DNA of 64,000 nt from Burkholderiales bacterium (lineage in GTDB: Bacteria; Pseudomonadota; Gammaproteobacteria; Burkholderiales; Casimicrobiaceae), in the NCBI GenBank assembly GCA_025352105.1, contig JANXUB010000222.1, positions 38,542 to 102,541 on the forward strand, in the 5' to 3' direction. A model generated the notes under the pieces. The model made no database searches and was not told the origin of the DNA. It was given only the letters and a program-made list of their open reading frames with translations. A program made the translations under genes and the position numbers. Shown here piece by piece: positions 28,748-39,103 of this stretch (positions within the stretch are counted from its first letter, which is position 1; every line of letters starts with the position of its first letter).

Positions 28748-30135
28748 GATTTTGTCGAGACGATGGAGGGGGGCATCTGCGACATTAAAGCGCCGAACAT
28801 GGCGAGCAGGGTGGTGAGCGCCATCACAATCGGAACAGCGGCGTGAGCCGTTGGCAGCCACCACTCGCTGCCCTCGCTCGACAGCGCTTGCAGCGCGGCG
28901 GGAATTGCGACGTACATGAACAAAAGGTAGAGCAGGATCACTGCTGAGCGTCGCTTTGGCGAGGTGGTGAACGTGTCCGCCATCAACGTAAACGCGAAAT
29001 CGCGCAGCAACACCAGCGCCAGCCAGAGAAAGGCCCCGGCATGGCTTGCGAGGCTCACTTTGCTGGACATTGCAGTTTGCATGAAGAAGCCCGTCGAGCC
29101 AGCGCCCGCGACTTCTGCGCCGCCAGACATCGCGTTCACCGCTGCGACGATCAACGCGCCGATCACCGCGCACACCACCACGCTGGTCGCCGCGCTCACC
29201 CCCGCGATTGCGCGCGTGCGCTCGCCCGCTGCCCAATGCGTGCGAATGCGCTGCCACGCGAAAAGCGATTGCGGCTCCCAGAGCATCAGCACCCACGCAG
29301 CAAGAGCGAGCGCGAGTGTTGCACCGATCAACGGCCGGCTCAACATTGATGTGTCAGTCGGGCCGACACTGCCCGCTACCCACACGCCCATGAATGCCAA
29401 AAATGCGGGCAAAGCCCAAGGGATTTGCCGCACTTGAAGCGCCTGTCGCATCGCCCGCCATGCGCCCAACAGACCCCAGGCGGCGAGGCTTAGCGCTGTC
29501 CACATCGCAAGCAGTTGGGGCGTGGTGCTCATGCCAAACCATTCCGTGTTGATGACATCACTACCGCTCCGGCTCACCCCCAACGGTGCCGCCTGAAATG
29601 CGACAAAAACCAGCGCAAACACAGCAATCGACGGCACGCTAACACGCGCCTCGCCACTGCCGCTTTGAAACGCGAGCGGGGCCATCAGGGCGACCGAATG
29701 TGCGAAGAGGCCTAACGCCAGAAGGAACACATACTCAATCGCCGTGTTGTGTGGGCCGAAGGCGCTGGACGCCGCGCGTCCGCTGAATATCGCAACCAAC
29801 GCGCACAGCAGCGCCACGTACCAGACATAGCTCGTTGCGCCGAACAGCTTGCCAGCTGTCAACTGCCACGGCGTCAGCCGCGACATTCGTTGCTGGTTCC
29901 AGGTGCGACCGGTGATTTCGTCACGAATACTGGTGCCCACGACGCTCGTTCCCCAGAACAGCACGGTGAGCGACAGCGCGACCCAAGCCGTTCCGTGGAT
30001 CGCAGTTGACGTCGGTTCGGTCGACGCAAGCAGCGCGACAACAATAGCGATCACCACCGGCGCAAGTATCAGTCGCGTCGCACTTAGCTGCAACCAGAGC
30101 TGGCGGCGAAATTCGGGATTGGATTGCATGTTCAT
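28744..30135 (-). CDS. polytopic membrane protein, probable ABC-2-type permease
   Basis: 463 aa, many hydrophobic segments; ATGA overlap with the ABC ATPase gene. Confidence 0.6.
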   Translation of the reverse strand: MNMQSNPEFRRQLWLQLSATRLILAPVVIAIVVALLASTEPTSTAIHGTAWVALSLTVLFWGTSVVGTSIRDEITGRTWNQQRMSRLTPWQLTAGKLFGATSYVWYVALLCALVAIFSGRAASSAFGPHNTAIEYVFLLALGLFAHSVALMAPLAFQSGSGEARVSVPSIAVFALVFVAFQAAPLGVSRSGSDVINTEWFGMSTTPQLLAMWTALSLAAWGLLGAWRAMRQALQVRQIPWALPAFLAFMGVWVAGSVGPTDTSMLSRPLIGATLALALAAWVLMLWEPQSLFAWQRIRTHWAAGERTRAIAGVSAATSVVVCAVIGALIVAAVNAMSGGAEVAGAGSTGFFMQTAMSSKVSLASHAGAFLWLALVLLRDFAFTLMADTFTTSPKRRSAVILLYLLFMYVAIPAALQALSSEGSEWWLPTAHAAVPIVMALTTLLAMFGALMSQMPPSIVSTKS

Positions 30136-31124
30136 TGCGGGCTCCTGATCTCGGCCGTTGGAGCCGTCGGCGCGTCAGCAATCGACTGCTCGTAGCTCGC
30201 CGCCAAGGTCTGTCGGGTTTCGCCAAAGCTCAACACTTGCGCGCCACCTTTGACCAGTTGTTGCAGTAACGCGGTCTGCCCGGCGTCATCAAGTTCAGCT
30301 TCGATTTGCACATGCGTGGCGTCAGTCAAAACTGAACTCTCAGGCGTAATCGCTCGAAGCTGTGCGCCAGTCAAAATCAGCGCTGACCAATCAGGCCACG
30401 GAGCTTGCAGTATCACGTCAATGCTTCGCTCGCGGCGCTCAGCCCGAAGCGGCGCCGCGCTCGCAGCGACGGTAGACAGCGCACGATATTCAATCATCCG
30501 CCCCGCGCGCAGCACCAGCATGTGCGTCGAATACGCCTCAAGCTCCGTCAGGATGTGCGATGAAACGAGGAGCGTGATGCCATCGGCCTGCAAACGCTTG
30601 AACAAACCGGCCAGACTCGCGCGCGCCTCGGGGTCAAGACCGGAGGCGGGCTCGTCGAGCACCAGAAGCTTCGGCGCGCTGATGATTGCCTGACCAATCG
30701 CCACGCGTTGACGCTGGCCGCGTGAGAGTTCGCGCACGCGCTTGGGCAGGCAATGCGTGATGTCGAGCTGCGCTGCCACGGCATTGGTACGGACAACAAG
30801 ATCGGCATCTGCCACGCCGCGCGCCGCCGCCGCGTAGCGCAGGCACTGGGTCGCGGTTAACTCATCATAAAGGCCGAATTCGTCTTCAAGATAACCAATA
30901 TCGCGGTGTGCGAGCCGGGGGTTATCGGTGATGGCGACGCCGTTCAAAAAAACCGCGCCGGACAGCGGTTCAGCGAGCCCGGCGATGCAGCGCATCAAGG
31001 TGCTTTTGCCCGCACCATTCGGGCCGACCAGCGCGGTGACGCTGCCCGCCGCTAGCGTGAACGAAACATCAACGAGCGCGGGATGATTCGGGTAGTCGAA
31101 CCGGAGAGAGCGGACTTCAAGCAA
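30132..31124 (-). CDS. ABC transporter ATP-binding protein with ~100-aa C-terminal extension
   Basis: Walker A GPNGAGKST, signature LSRGQRQR, Walker B LLVLDEP; TTG start. Confidence 0.88.
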   Translation of the reverse strand: MLEVRSLRFDYPNHPALVDVSFTLAAGSVTALVGPNGAGKSTLMRCIAGLAEPLSGAVFLNGVAITDNPRLAHRDIGYLEDEFGLYDELTATQCLRYAAAARGVADADLVVRTNAVAAQLDITHCLPKRVRELSRGQRQRVAIGQAIISAPKLLVLDEPASGLDPEARASLAGLFKRLQADGITLLVSSHILTELEAYSTHMLVLRAGRMIEYRALSTVAASAAPLRAERRERSIDVILQAPWPDWSALILTGAQLRAITPESSVLTDATHVQIEAELDDAGQTALLQQLVKGGAQVLSFGETRQTLAASYEQSIADAPTAPTAEIRSPQ

Positions 31125-31189
31125 AGGGGGACTCTTGCGTCTAACGAAAGAGCCCCATTGTAGGTCGCAGAGAACGACTCCAATTCAAG

Positions 31190-32620
31190 CTAAGGCGCTG
31201 CCCAGCCCCCGCCAACCGCCTTGTACAAAGCGACGACGCCCGAGAGCTGCGCGCGCTTTGCATCGATCACGCTGGACTCTGCCTGCGACAGATCGCGCTG
31301 CGCGTTGAGCACTTCGAGATAGCTTGAGTAGCCGTTGGTGTAGCGCAAATTCGCGAGACGCAACACTTCGCGCAGTGCGGCGATCCGCTTGTCGGCGATG
31401 GTGACCAGCGCCTCGTTCGCAGCGATGTTGTTCAACGCGTCGTGAACATCCTTGAACGCGCCTTGCACTGCCTGTGCGTAAAGCGCTGTCGCCTGCGCCT
31501 TGCGCGCGTTGGCCCCGGCTACCACTGCATCAATCGACCCGGCGCGGAACAACGGCTGCGTGAGGCCGGAGGCGAGATTCCAGAACAACGAGCTGGGATT
31601 GAAAAGCTCGCTCAACTGGCGCGATTCGTAACCGAGACTGGCAGTCAACCTGATCGTCGGGTAATAGGCCGCTTTGGCCTGACCGATGTCTGCGTTTGCC
31701 GCAATCAGCTGCTGTTCGGCAGCGATCACGTCGGGCCGGCGGTTGAGCAAATCGGATGGCAATTCCGCAGGCACGGTAGCGCGGCTGAACAACACGTCTA
31801 TTGCGGTACCGCGCGCGATGTTAGGCTGCACGATGGCGGCAGGGCTGCGGCCCGTCAGCGTGGCCAGCACGGCCTCGGTCGCGCGCCGATTTTGCTGCGC
31901 CTGAATCAACGTGGCTTCAATCGCGGCGGCTTCTGCTGTCGCCTGTTGAACATCCAGCTCACCGACCACACCGCCTTCAAAACGCTTGGTTTGCAGTCGC
32001 AAATTTTCTCTTCGCGTCGCAAAAGTCTGCTCAGCCAGCGTGACCTGCGCATCAAACGATCTCAGCGCAAAGTAGCTTTGTGCGACGTTGGCATAAAGTG
32101 TGGCCAACACCGTGCCGCGACTCGCCTCAAGGCCCAGCAGACGTGCACGAGCGGCTTCATCCGCGCGCTGGAATTTTCCCCAGAAATCGATCTCAAAAGC
32201 AGCGGTCAATGCTGGAGTGAACGTGTTGTTGCGTGGACTCGCGCCCGGTTGAACCTTGCCCGCGTTTTCACTGACCTGCGAGCGACTGGCGTTCACGTTC
32301 GCATCCACCGTCGGAAAACGGCTGGCGTGGGTCAACGCAAGCGACGCGCGCGATTCCTCGATGCGAGCAGCGGCTAACGCCAGATCGGCACTGTTCGTCG
32401 CCGCTTCATCCAGCAAAGCATTGAGCGCTGGATCCTGAAACGATTTCCACCACACTAGCCAATCAACGCTTGCCACAGTGTGTGCGCTTTGCGGCTTGAT
32501 TGAGGCAGCGGGCAATTCACTGGCAGGACGTTGATAGTTCTGCCCCAATGTGCCACATCCGGCCAACGCCAACGCCAAAGCCAGAACCAGCGGCGAGAAT
32601 TTAATAACTTTCTTCATCAT
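31190..32620 (-). CDS. RND efflux outer-membrane factor lipoprotein (NodT/OprM family)
   Basis: lipobox LALAGC, duplicated OEP repeats, RPDVIAAEQQL. Confidence 0.88.
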   Translation of the reverse strand: MMKKVIKFSPLVLALALALAGCGTLGQNYQRPASELPAASIKPQSAHTVASVDWLVWWKSFQDPALNALLDEAATNSADLALAAARIEESRASLALTHASRFPTVDANVNASRSQVSENAGKVQPGASPRNNTFTPALTAAFEIDFWGKFQRADEAARARLLGLEASRGTVLATLYANVAQSYFALRSFDAQVTLAEQTFATRRENLRLQTKRFEGGVVGELDVQQATAEAAAIEATLIQAQQNRRATEAVLATLTGRSPAAIVQPNIARGTAIDVLFSRATVPAELPSDLLNRRPDVIAAEQQLIAANADIGQAKAAYYPTIRLTASLGYESRQLSELFNPSSLFWNLASGLTQPLFRAGSIDAVVAGANARKAQATALYAQAVQGAFKDVHDALNNIAANEALVTIADKRIAALREVLRLANLRYTNGYSSYLEVLNAQRDLSQAESSVIDAKRAQLSGVVALYKAVGGGWAAP

Positions 32621-35600
32621 TATTTGTCCGCCGTTGACGGTGCAATGTGACCGACGGGATGCGGCGCTACCTTGCCGACGTAGTCAAAGTCTGCCGGTTT
32701 GCTGCGCAAATGCCAGTCGTTCACCAGCTTGAAAAATAGTGGCACCAAAAACACCGCCAATATCGTTGCCGCGATCATGCCGCCCAACACACCGGTACCA
32801 ATGGATTGCCGCGCGGATGCGCCTGCACCAGAAGAAAACGCAAGCGGCACAACACCCAGGATGAACGCGAGGGAAGTCATCAAAATCGGACGGAAGCGCA
32901 AGCGCGCGGCCTCTAACGCTGCCGCAACCGGTGACATGCCTTCGTGCACTTTTTGGACGGCAAATTCCACGATCAAAATCGCGTTCTTCGCCGAGAGCCC
33001 GAGCAATGTCACCAGTCCGATCTGGAAGTAAACGTCGTTGGCAAATGCGCCCCCGAGCGAGCGTCGTACCCACACCGCAGCGAACGCGCCGAAGATACCG
33101 AACGACAACGCGAGCAGCACGGAGAGCGGCAAGGACCACTTCTCATATTGCGCCGCAAGGATCAAAAAGATCATCAGGATGCCCGCGGCCAGCGCGATGC
33201 CCGCTGCGCTGCTGCTGCGTTTCTGCTGGAAGGCTTCACCCGCCCAGTCATAGCCCACGTCCGAAGGCAACACTTCTGCAACTGTGCGCTCCATCGCGGC
33301 AATCGCCTGTCCCGAGCTGAATCCCGGTTTTGCTTCACCGAGAATTTTGATTGCGGGCGAAGCGTTAAAGCGCTCTACAGAATCCGGCCCCGACGCAAAC
33401 TGAACTTCAGCCAGCGACCGAATCGGCACCATCTGGTTCGTCCGCGAGCGAACGAACAGCGCGCCGATGTCATCGGGTTTGGCCCGATAGCTGCCTTCCG
33501 CCTGCAACAGCACCTGATAGATGCGACCGGCCTTGTTGAAATCGTTCACGTAGTAGCTGCCCAGCGTGGCGGCCAGCGTGTTGTAAACCTCGGCCAGCGA
33601 CACATTCAGCGCACGCGCTTTTTCGTTGTCAACGTTGACAAAAATTTGCGGCGAATTGGCCTGCCACAAGGTTTTCACGCCTTGCAGCTCAGGCTGCTTG
33701 TTTGCCGCTTCAATGAACTTGGGCAGCAGCTCGGCGAGACGGCGAACGCCACCTTCACCCTTGTTTTGCAGATAGAACTCAAAGCCGCCGGTTTGCCCCA
33801 GCCCCTGAATCGCGGGCGGTGCGAAGAAGAGCGGCAGCCCTTCTTTGATACCACCTGTTTTGAAGTAGCTTTCGCCGACCAATTGCTGCGCGGATTTGGT
33901 GCGCTCCTCCCACGGCTTGAGCGGGAAGAACATCGTAGCCGCTGATGATTTCAAACCGCCGCCGCCGAGGAAATTCAGACCAACCAGACTGAACACGGTG
34001 TCCACATCCTTGTTGCCATTAAACGTGCCCTCAATCTGCTTCACGACCGCATCGGTGCGTGCGAGCGACGCGCCTTCCGGCAGGATCGCCGCGCCAATGA
34101 AATAGCCCTGATCTTCATCGGGCACCAGCCCGCTCGGTACGACTTTGTAGAGCACACCAATGAGCCCGAGCATGCCGATAAAAAGCAGCAGGCCAACCGC
34201 GCCGCGCTTCAGGAAGAACGCGACGCCCCGCGTGTAGCTGCGGGTGACTTTAGTGAACGTGTTGTTGAACCAGGTGAAGAAGCCGTTTCGACGCTCTGCG
34301 CCCGGCTTCAGCAGCGCCGCACACAGGGCAGGCGTGAGCGTTAGCGCGACAAATCCTGAAAGCACGACCGCGATAGAGATCGTCACCGCGAACTGCCGGT
34401 ACAGTTCACCCGCGAGTCCACCGAGGAAGGCAATCGGCACAAACGCAGCGCAGAGCACGAGGACAATCGCGATCACCGGCCCGGTGACTTCCTGCATCGC
34501 TTTTACCGCTGCGTCACGCGGGCTTAGGCCCTCTTCGTGCATGAGCCGTTCAACGTTTTCAAGCACCACGATGGCATCGTCAACGACGATACCGATTGCC
34601 AACACCATGCCGAAAAGGGTCAGCGTATTGATGCTGTAGCCCAGCAGTTGCAAGCCCGCCATCGTGCCAATCAGCGACACCGGAACCGCCAGTGTCGGGA
34701 TGATTGTCGCGCGCCAGCTTTGCAGGAAAAGATAGACGACAAGGAAGACCAGAATCATCGCCTCTACGAGCGTCTTTAGAACCTCGTAGATTGATTCTGT
34801 GACGAATGGCGTCGTGTCGTACGGCGTCGAATACGTGAGACCTTCCGGAAACTTGGCCTTGGCCTCCATCAGTGTTTTTTCGACGGCCTTCCGGGTGTCG
34901 AGCGCGTTGGCTCCCGTTTGCAAGAACACACCAATGGGCACTGACGGATGACCATTGGTGCGACCGTAAAAACTGTAGTCTTTCGAGCCCAGCTCGACGC
35001 GCGCTACGTCTTTCAGGCGAACTGTCGCACCCTTGTCGCCGGTACGCAAAATGATGTTCTCAAACTGCTGCGGCTCAAGCAGGCGTCCACGCGCAGTGAC
35101 GGTGAGTGTCAGCTCTTCGGTATTGTTGGGCGGTGAGCCGATTTTGCCAGCGGCGTACTGCGCATTTTGCTCGGTGATTGCGCTGCTGATGTCACCAATT
35201 GTGATGCCGAGTTGCGCCATGCGGTCAGGCCGGAGCCACACGCGCATTGCGTAGTCCTTTTGCCCAAAAATCTGCACGTTGGTCGTGCCCGGCGTCCGCT
35301 TGATCGCGTCAACGACGTTCTGGCTCAGGTAGTTCGAAATGAACAGCGTGTCGTAGCGATCATCGAGCGCGTAGAACGAAGCGACGACGAGAAAGTTGGC
35401 GGAGCTTTTTGCCACCGTGACGCCTTGTCGCTGCACTTCTTGCGGCAGTTTGTTCAGCGCCTGATTGACGCGATTGCTCACGTTGACTGCGGCGATGTCG
35501 AGATTGGTGCCCACTTCAAAGGTGATGTTGATCGTCACCACGCCGTCGCCAGAAGAGACGGAGTTCAGGTACAGCATTTTTTCGACGCCGTTGATCTGCT

Positions 35601-35802
35601 CTTCAATTGGCGCAGCGACGGTGCTTTCAATCACCTCGGCAGATGCGCCGGGATAAATGGCGCGAACGGTCACCACAGGTGGGGCAATTTCGGGATAACG
35701 CGAAATCGGCAAAACGCGCAGCGCGGCAAGCCCTGCGAGCACAATAATCAGGGAGATAACCGTCGCGAAGATCGGACGATCAATAAAAAACTTGGAGAAC
35801 AT
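32620..35802 (-). CDS. RND multidrug efflux permease (AcrB/MexB family)
   Basis: 1060 aa, MFSKFFIDRPIFA N-terminus, 12-TM HAE1 architecture. Confidence 0.95.
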   Translation of the reverse strand: MFSKFFIDRPIFATVISLIIVLAGLAALRVLPISRYPEIAPPVVTVRAIYPGASAEVIESTVAAPIEEQINGVEKMLYLNSVSSGDGVVTINITFEVGTNLDIAAVNVSNRVNQALNKLPQEVQRQGVTVAKSSANFLVVASFYALDDRYDTLFISNYLSQNVVDAIKRTPGTTNVQIFGQKDYAMRVWLRPDRMAQLGITIGDISSAITEQNAQYAAGKIGSPPNNTEELTLTVTARGRLLEPQQFENIILRTGDKGATVRLKDVARVELGSKDYSFYGRTNGHPSVPIGVFLQTGANALDTRKAVEKTLMEAKAKFPEGLTYSTPYDTTPFVTESIYEVLKTLVEAMILVFLVVYLFLQSWRATIIPTLAVPVSLIGTMAGLQLLGYSINTLTLFGMVLAIGIVVDDAIVVLENVERLMHEEGLSPRDAAVKAMQEVTGPVIAIVLVLCAAFVPIAFLGGLAGELYRQFAVTISIAVVLSGFVALTLTPALCAALLKPGAERRNGFFTWFNNTFTKVTRSYTRGVAFFLKRGAVGLLLFIGMLGLIGVLYKVVPSGLVPDEDQGYFIGAAILPEGASLARTDAVVKQIEGTFNGNKDVDTVFSLVGLNFLGGGGLKSSAATMFFPLKPWEERTKSAQQLVGESYFKTGGIKEGLPLFFAPPAIQGLGQTGGFEFYLQNKGEGGVRRLAELLPKFIEAANKQPELQGVKTLWQANSPQIFVNVDNEKARALNVSLAEVYNTLAATLGSYYVNDFNKAGRIYQVLLQAEGSYRAKPDDIGALFVRSRTNQMVPIRSLAEVQFASGPDSVERFNASPAIKILGEAKPGFSSGQAIAAMERTVAEVLPSDVGYDWAGEAFQQKRSSSAAGIALAAGILMIFLILAAQYEKWSLPLSVLLALSFGIFGAFAAVWVRRSLGGAFANDVYFQIGLVTLLGLSAKNAILIVEFAVQKVHEGMSPVAAALEAARLRFRPILMTSLAFILGVVPLAFSSGAGASARQSIGTGVLGGMIAATILAVFLVPLFFKLVNDWHLRSKPADFDYVGKVAPHPVGHIAPSTADK

Positions 35803-35845
35803 CAGCGTTCCTCTGGAATCGATTCGGTGTTACTTGGAGGGAACG

Positions 35846-37165
35846 TTATTGCTTTGCGGGCGTTGCCGCTGGTGCTGATTTGCCATCCGCTGGGGTTGCT
35901 GGTGGAGCGCTAACGCCACTTTTCGCAGGGGCCGCTGTCGGCGCACCCGCGGGCGGTGCACCCGCCATGCCGGCTGCACCCGCAATAAACGGCACCGGAG
36001 TCACTTTCATCCCAGGCACATGCGCCTTGATCACGCCATCGGCCATCACGCGGTCGCCCGCTTTAAGGCCCTTGGTCACGATCCAATCGCCATTTGACCA
36101 GCCGTCGAGTTCAACAGGCTGCGGCGCAAGCGTGTCATCGGGCATGACCTTGAACACCATTTTTCCCATCGGGCTGTCGATAATTGCGCGCTGAGGCACC
36201 GTGATGCTTTGCGAGCGGTTTGCACCAGCCAATACGACGCGAATGAACTGCCCCGGACGCAAGCTGCCCGTCGGGTTCGGAATTTCGGCGCGAGCATCGA
36301 AACTGCCCGTTGTCGCGTTCAATTTTTCGCTGGCAAAGGTCATCTTGCCTGTGAGTGGGTAGGTGCTACCGTCAGCGAGTTTGATCGTGACCTTGAAGTC
36401 GTTGCTGCCATTGCGTTTGTCCGGCACCGCGACCTCGCCGCTTGCGATCTGTTTGTTCAGTTTCAACAGGTCGCCTTCGGAGACGCTGAAGTTCGCGTAC
36501 ATCGGATTGACTTGCACAATTGTGGTCAACATGTCGGTGGAATTCACTAGGCTGCCGTCGGCTTTTGCGGCGGTTCCGGTCACGCCAGATATCGGGGCGA
36601 CGACCCGGGTGTAGCCGACATTCAGCTTTGCCTCAGCCGCTTGAGCGCGAACCAGTTTGGCTGTGGCCTCAGCCGACTCAACCGCGGAGCGGGCGTCGTC
36701 GAATTCCTTCTGGCTGATCGCTTTTTCGGCAATCAGTGGCTGCAATCGCGCGAGATCGCGTTTCACCTGGTTAACCTTCGCATCGGCGACGGCAACGTTT
36801 GCTTCGGTGGACGCCACTTGCGTTTGCAAATTGGCTGGATCAATCTGGAACAGCGCCGCGCCAGCCTTGACCGTTGAGCCTTCTACGTAAAGCCGTTTTT
36901 GCAAAATCCCCGACACCCGCGCTCGCACTTCGGTCTCACGCGAGCCCGCCGTTTGTCCTGTGTATTCGTAGGTGAGCGGCGCATCTTTAGCCTGCACGGT
37001 GACGACGCTGACTTGAGGCGGTGGCATCGCCGGTGGGCCACCGGCGCCCCCTTTGGTGTCTGCGCCCTTGCCGCAGGCCGCAAGCAGGACGAGCGGTAAA
37101 ACGGTCAGTGCCGTTCGCGCGCTGTTGGTTGAAATGGTGCGAAGGGAGACAGGCGATATGAGCAT
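35846..37165 (-). CDS. RND efflux periplasmic adaptor (AcrA/MexA family) with Ala/Pro-rich C-terminal tail
   Basis: GGAGGAGG RBS before the ATG at 37165, lipobox LLAAC, HlyD-like hairpin and barrel regions. Confidence 0.88.
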   Translation of the reverse strand: MLISPVSLRTISTNSARTALTVLPLVLLAACGKGADTKGGAGGPPAMPPPQVSVVTVQAKDAPLTYEYTGQTAGSRETEVRARVSGILQKRLYVEGSTVKAGAALFQIDPANLQTQVASTEANVAVADAKVNQVKRDLARLQPLIAEKAISQKEFDDARSAVESAEATAKLVRAQAAEAKLNVGYTRVVAPISGVTGTAAKADGSLVNSTDMLTTIVQVNPMYANFSVSEGDLLKLNKQIASGEVAVPDKRNGSNDFKVTIKLADGSTYPLTGKMTFASEKLNATTGSFDARAEIPNPTGSLRPGQFIRVVLAGANRSQSITVPQRAIIDSPMGKMVFKVMPDDTLAPQPVELDGWSNGDWIVTKGLKAGDRVMADGVIKAHVPGMKVTPVPFIAGAAGMAGAPPAGAPTAAPAKSGVSAPPATPADGKSAPAATPAKQ

Positions 37166-37222
37166 GGTCGGAGGAGGGTGTTGCTGGAAGAGGATGCGAC
37201 ATCGAAGCCGTTGAGGTATTAT

Positions 37223-37244
37223 ATACATACATGAACGTATGTAT
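37223..37244. promoter_or_regulatory. candidate TetR-family operator (perfect 8-bp inverted repeat)
   Basis: ATACATAC-N6-GTATGTAT in the divergent region between the adaptor gene and the tetR-family gene. Confidence 0.5.
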
Positions 37245-37325
37245 GCAAGCGGTGAAAGCGTTTTTCAAAAGCAGCTATCTGTCGGTGCGTACTAAAAAAG
37301 TAAAGAATTGAGGAGGCGAGCCACC

Positions 37326-38012
37326 ATGGTGAGAAAGACCAAAGAGGACACCGAACACACCCACGCGCTGTTGCTTGACGCGGCGGAATCGGTGTTCACG
37401 AAAAAGGGCGTCGCCGCGTCCACGTTGAACGACATCGCTGTTGAAGCGGGGATGACGCGCGGCGCGATCTATTGGCATTTCAAGGACAAGGGCGAGCTGG
37501 TGCGCGCGATGTGTGAGCGCGCGACGTTGCCGATGGAGGCAATGGTCAACGAGGTGATGGCCGTGGCTGGAGACGACCCGCTGGGGTCGGTGCGTCGTTT
37601 GACCGTGCATGCCCTGACCCAGATCGCAGAGTCAAAGCGTCAGCACACCGTTTTCGACATTCTGTTTCACAAGTGCGAAAAAACGGGTGAGCTGGCCGAA
37701 GTGTTCGAACGCGAGTACGAGAGTCGGAACGAGTGCCAGTCACAAATCGAAGGCCTGTTCAAGCAAGCGGTCAAACGCGGTCAACTCCCGGTCGACACCG
37801 ATACTCACCTCGCCATGCAGGCCCTGCATTCGTATCTGATCGGGCTCATGCATGAGTGGTTGCTCGCGCCCGAGGCGTACGACCTCGCAAAACACGCAGC
37901 ACCATTGGTCGACGTGTTGCTCGCGGGATTGCGCGTCGCACCGCCGCGCAAGCGGTTACGCCCAGTTGCGAAAGCCGGTACGATCGCGCGTCGTGAGAAA
38001 ATAGGCGTGTAA
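37326..38012 (+). CDS. TetR/AcrR family transcriptional repressor
   Basis: GAGGAGG RBS; HTH STLNDIAVEAGMTRGAIYWHFKDK; divergent from the RND operon. Confidence 0.88.
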   Translation: MVRKTKEDTEHTHALLLDAAESVFTKKGVAASTLNDIAVEAGMTRGAIYWHFKDKGELVRAMCERATLPMEAMVNEVMAVAGDDPLGSVRRLTVHALTQIAESKRQHTVFDILFHKCEKTGELAEVFEREYESRNECQSQIEGLFKQAVKRGQLPVDTDTHLAMQALHSYLIGLMHEWLLAPEAYDLAKHAAPLVDVLLAGLRVAPPRKRLRPVAKAGTIARREKIGV

Positions 38013-38033
38013 TTTTTGTAGACAGTCTGCCCC

Positions 38034-39047
38034 ATGACCCGCCATCAACGCATCAGTGATCTGCTCCGCCAACGCATCCTCGTACTCGACGGCGGTATGG
38101 GTACGATGGTGCAGCAATACAAACTGGGCGAAACTGACTATCGCGGGCACTTGTGCCGCGATCACAGCTGCGATGTGAAGGGCAATAACGATTTGCTCGC
38201 GCTGACCAAACCCGAAGTGATTCGCGAGATTCACAATGGCTATCTCGAAGCCGGTGCTGACATCATCGAGACCAACACATTTAATGGCACTTCGATTGCG
38301 ATGGCGGACTACAAGCTGGAGCACATCGTTAAAGTCTTAAATCGCGAAGCCGCGAAGCTCGCCCGGGAATGTTGCGCCGAATGGACCAAAAAGACACCGG
38401 ATAAGCCGCGTTTTGTTGCAGGCGCGCTTGGCCCTACGAACCGCACCGCCAGCATCTCGCCTGACGTCAACGATGCCTCAAAGCGCAACGTCACATTCGA
38501 TGAATTGGTGACGGCCTATGTCGAGCAGCTTGAAGGGCTGATGGAGGGCGGCATCGATCTCGTACTCGTTGAAACAATTTTTGACACGCTGAACGCGAAA
38601 GCCGCGCTGTTCGCCTATCAAACCGTATTCGAAAACGATCGCGACCCGCCGCCGCTCATGATCTCCGGCACCATTACCGATGCATCGGGGCGCACCTTGT
38701 CCGGGCAAACAGTTGCCGCATTCTGGACCAGCGTGAAGCACGCGAAGCCGCTTTCAATCGGCATCAATTGCGCACTGGGCGCGGTCGCCATGCGGCCTCA
38801 TATCGAAGAGCTGGCGAAAATTGCGCCGGAGACGTTCATCAGCGTCTATCCGAATGCTGGATTACCGAATCCACTGTCCGAAACGGGCTACGATGAAACG
38901 CCGGAAATGACTTCGGGCTTTTTGAAAGAGTTCGCTCAGAGCGGACTGGTCAACATCGTTGGCGGTTGTTGCGGCACCACGCCTGGACACATTGGCGCCA
39001 TTGGTGACGCCGTCGCGAAAATTTCACCGAGGGCAGTGACGGCCTAG
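38034..39047 (+). CDS. homocysteine S-methyltransferase domain protein (MetH N-terminal module only)
   Basis: 337 aa; ETNTF and zinc-ligand GGCCGTTP motifs of the MetH Hcy-binding domain; no pterin or B12 modules follow. Confidence 0.8.
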   Translation: MTRHQRISDLLRQRILVLDGGMGTMVQQYKLGETDYRGHLCRDHSCDVKGNNDLLALTKPEVIREIHNGYLEAGADIIETNTFNGTSIAMADYKLEHIVKVLNREAAKLARECCAEWTKKTPDKPRFVAGALGPTNRTASISPDVNDASKRNVTFDELVTAYVEQLEGLMEGGIDLVLVETIFDTLNAKAALFAYQTVFENDRDPPPLMISGTITDASGRTLSGQTVAAFWTSVKHAKPLSIGINCALGAVAMRPHIEELAKIAPETFISVYPNAGLPNPLSETGYDETPEMTSGFLKEFAQSGLVNIVGGCCGTTPGHIGAIGDAVAKISPRAVTA

Positions 39048-39052
39048 TTCGC

Positions 39053-39076
39053 TCCGTCCGTCCGTCCGTCCGTCCG
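39053..39076. repeat. (TCCG)6 tetranucleotide microsatellite
   Basis: six perfect tandem TCCG units between convergent stop codons at 39047 and 39104. Confidence 0.95.
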
Positions 39077-39103
39077 TCAGCCCGTCCGCTCGCGCTGGCT
39101 GGG

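Noticed and set aside
28748-29296. N-terminal 180-aa extension of the rhodanese ORF (313-aa call)
   Set aside because: The extension overlaps the permease gene in another frame and is Arg/Gly-rich with no fold signature. The rhodanese domain starts at the ATG at 28747, which forms an ATGA overlap with the permease stop.
31442-33945. Long + strand ORFs (311 aa and 333 aa) opposite the OMF and RND genes
   Set aside because: They are antisense shadows of strongly supported efflux genes. The same applies to 44321-45028, 46426-47340 and 21968-22957.
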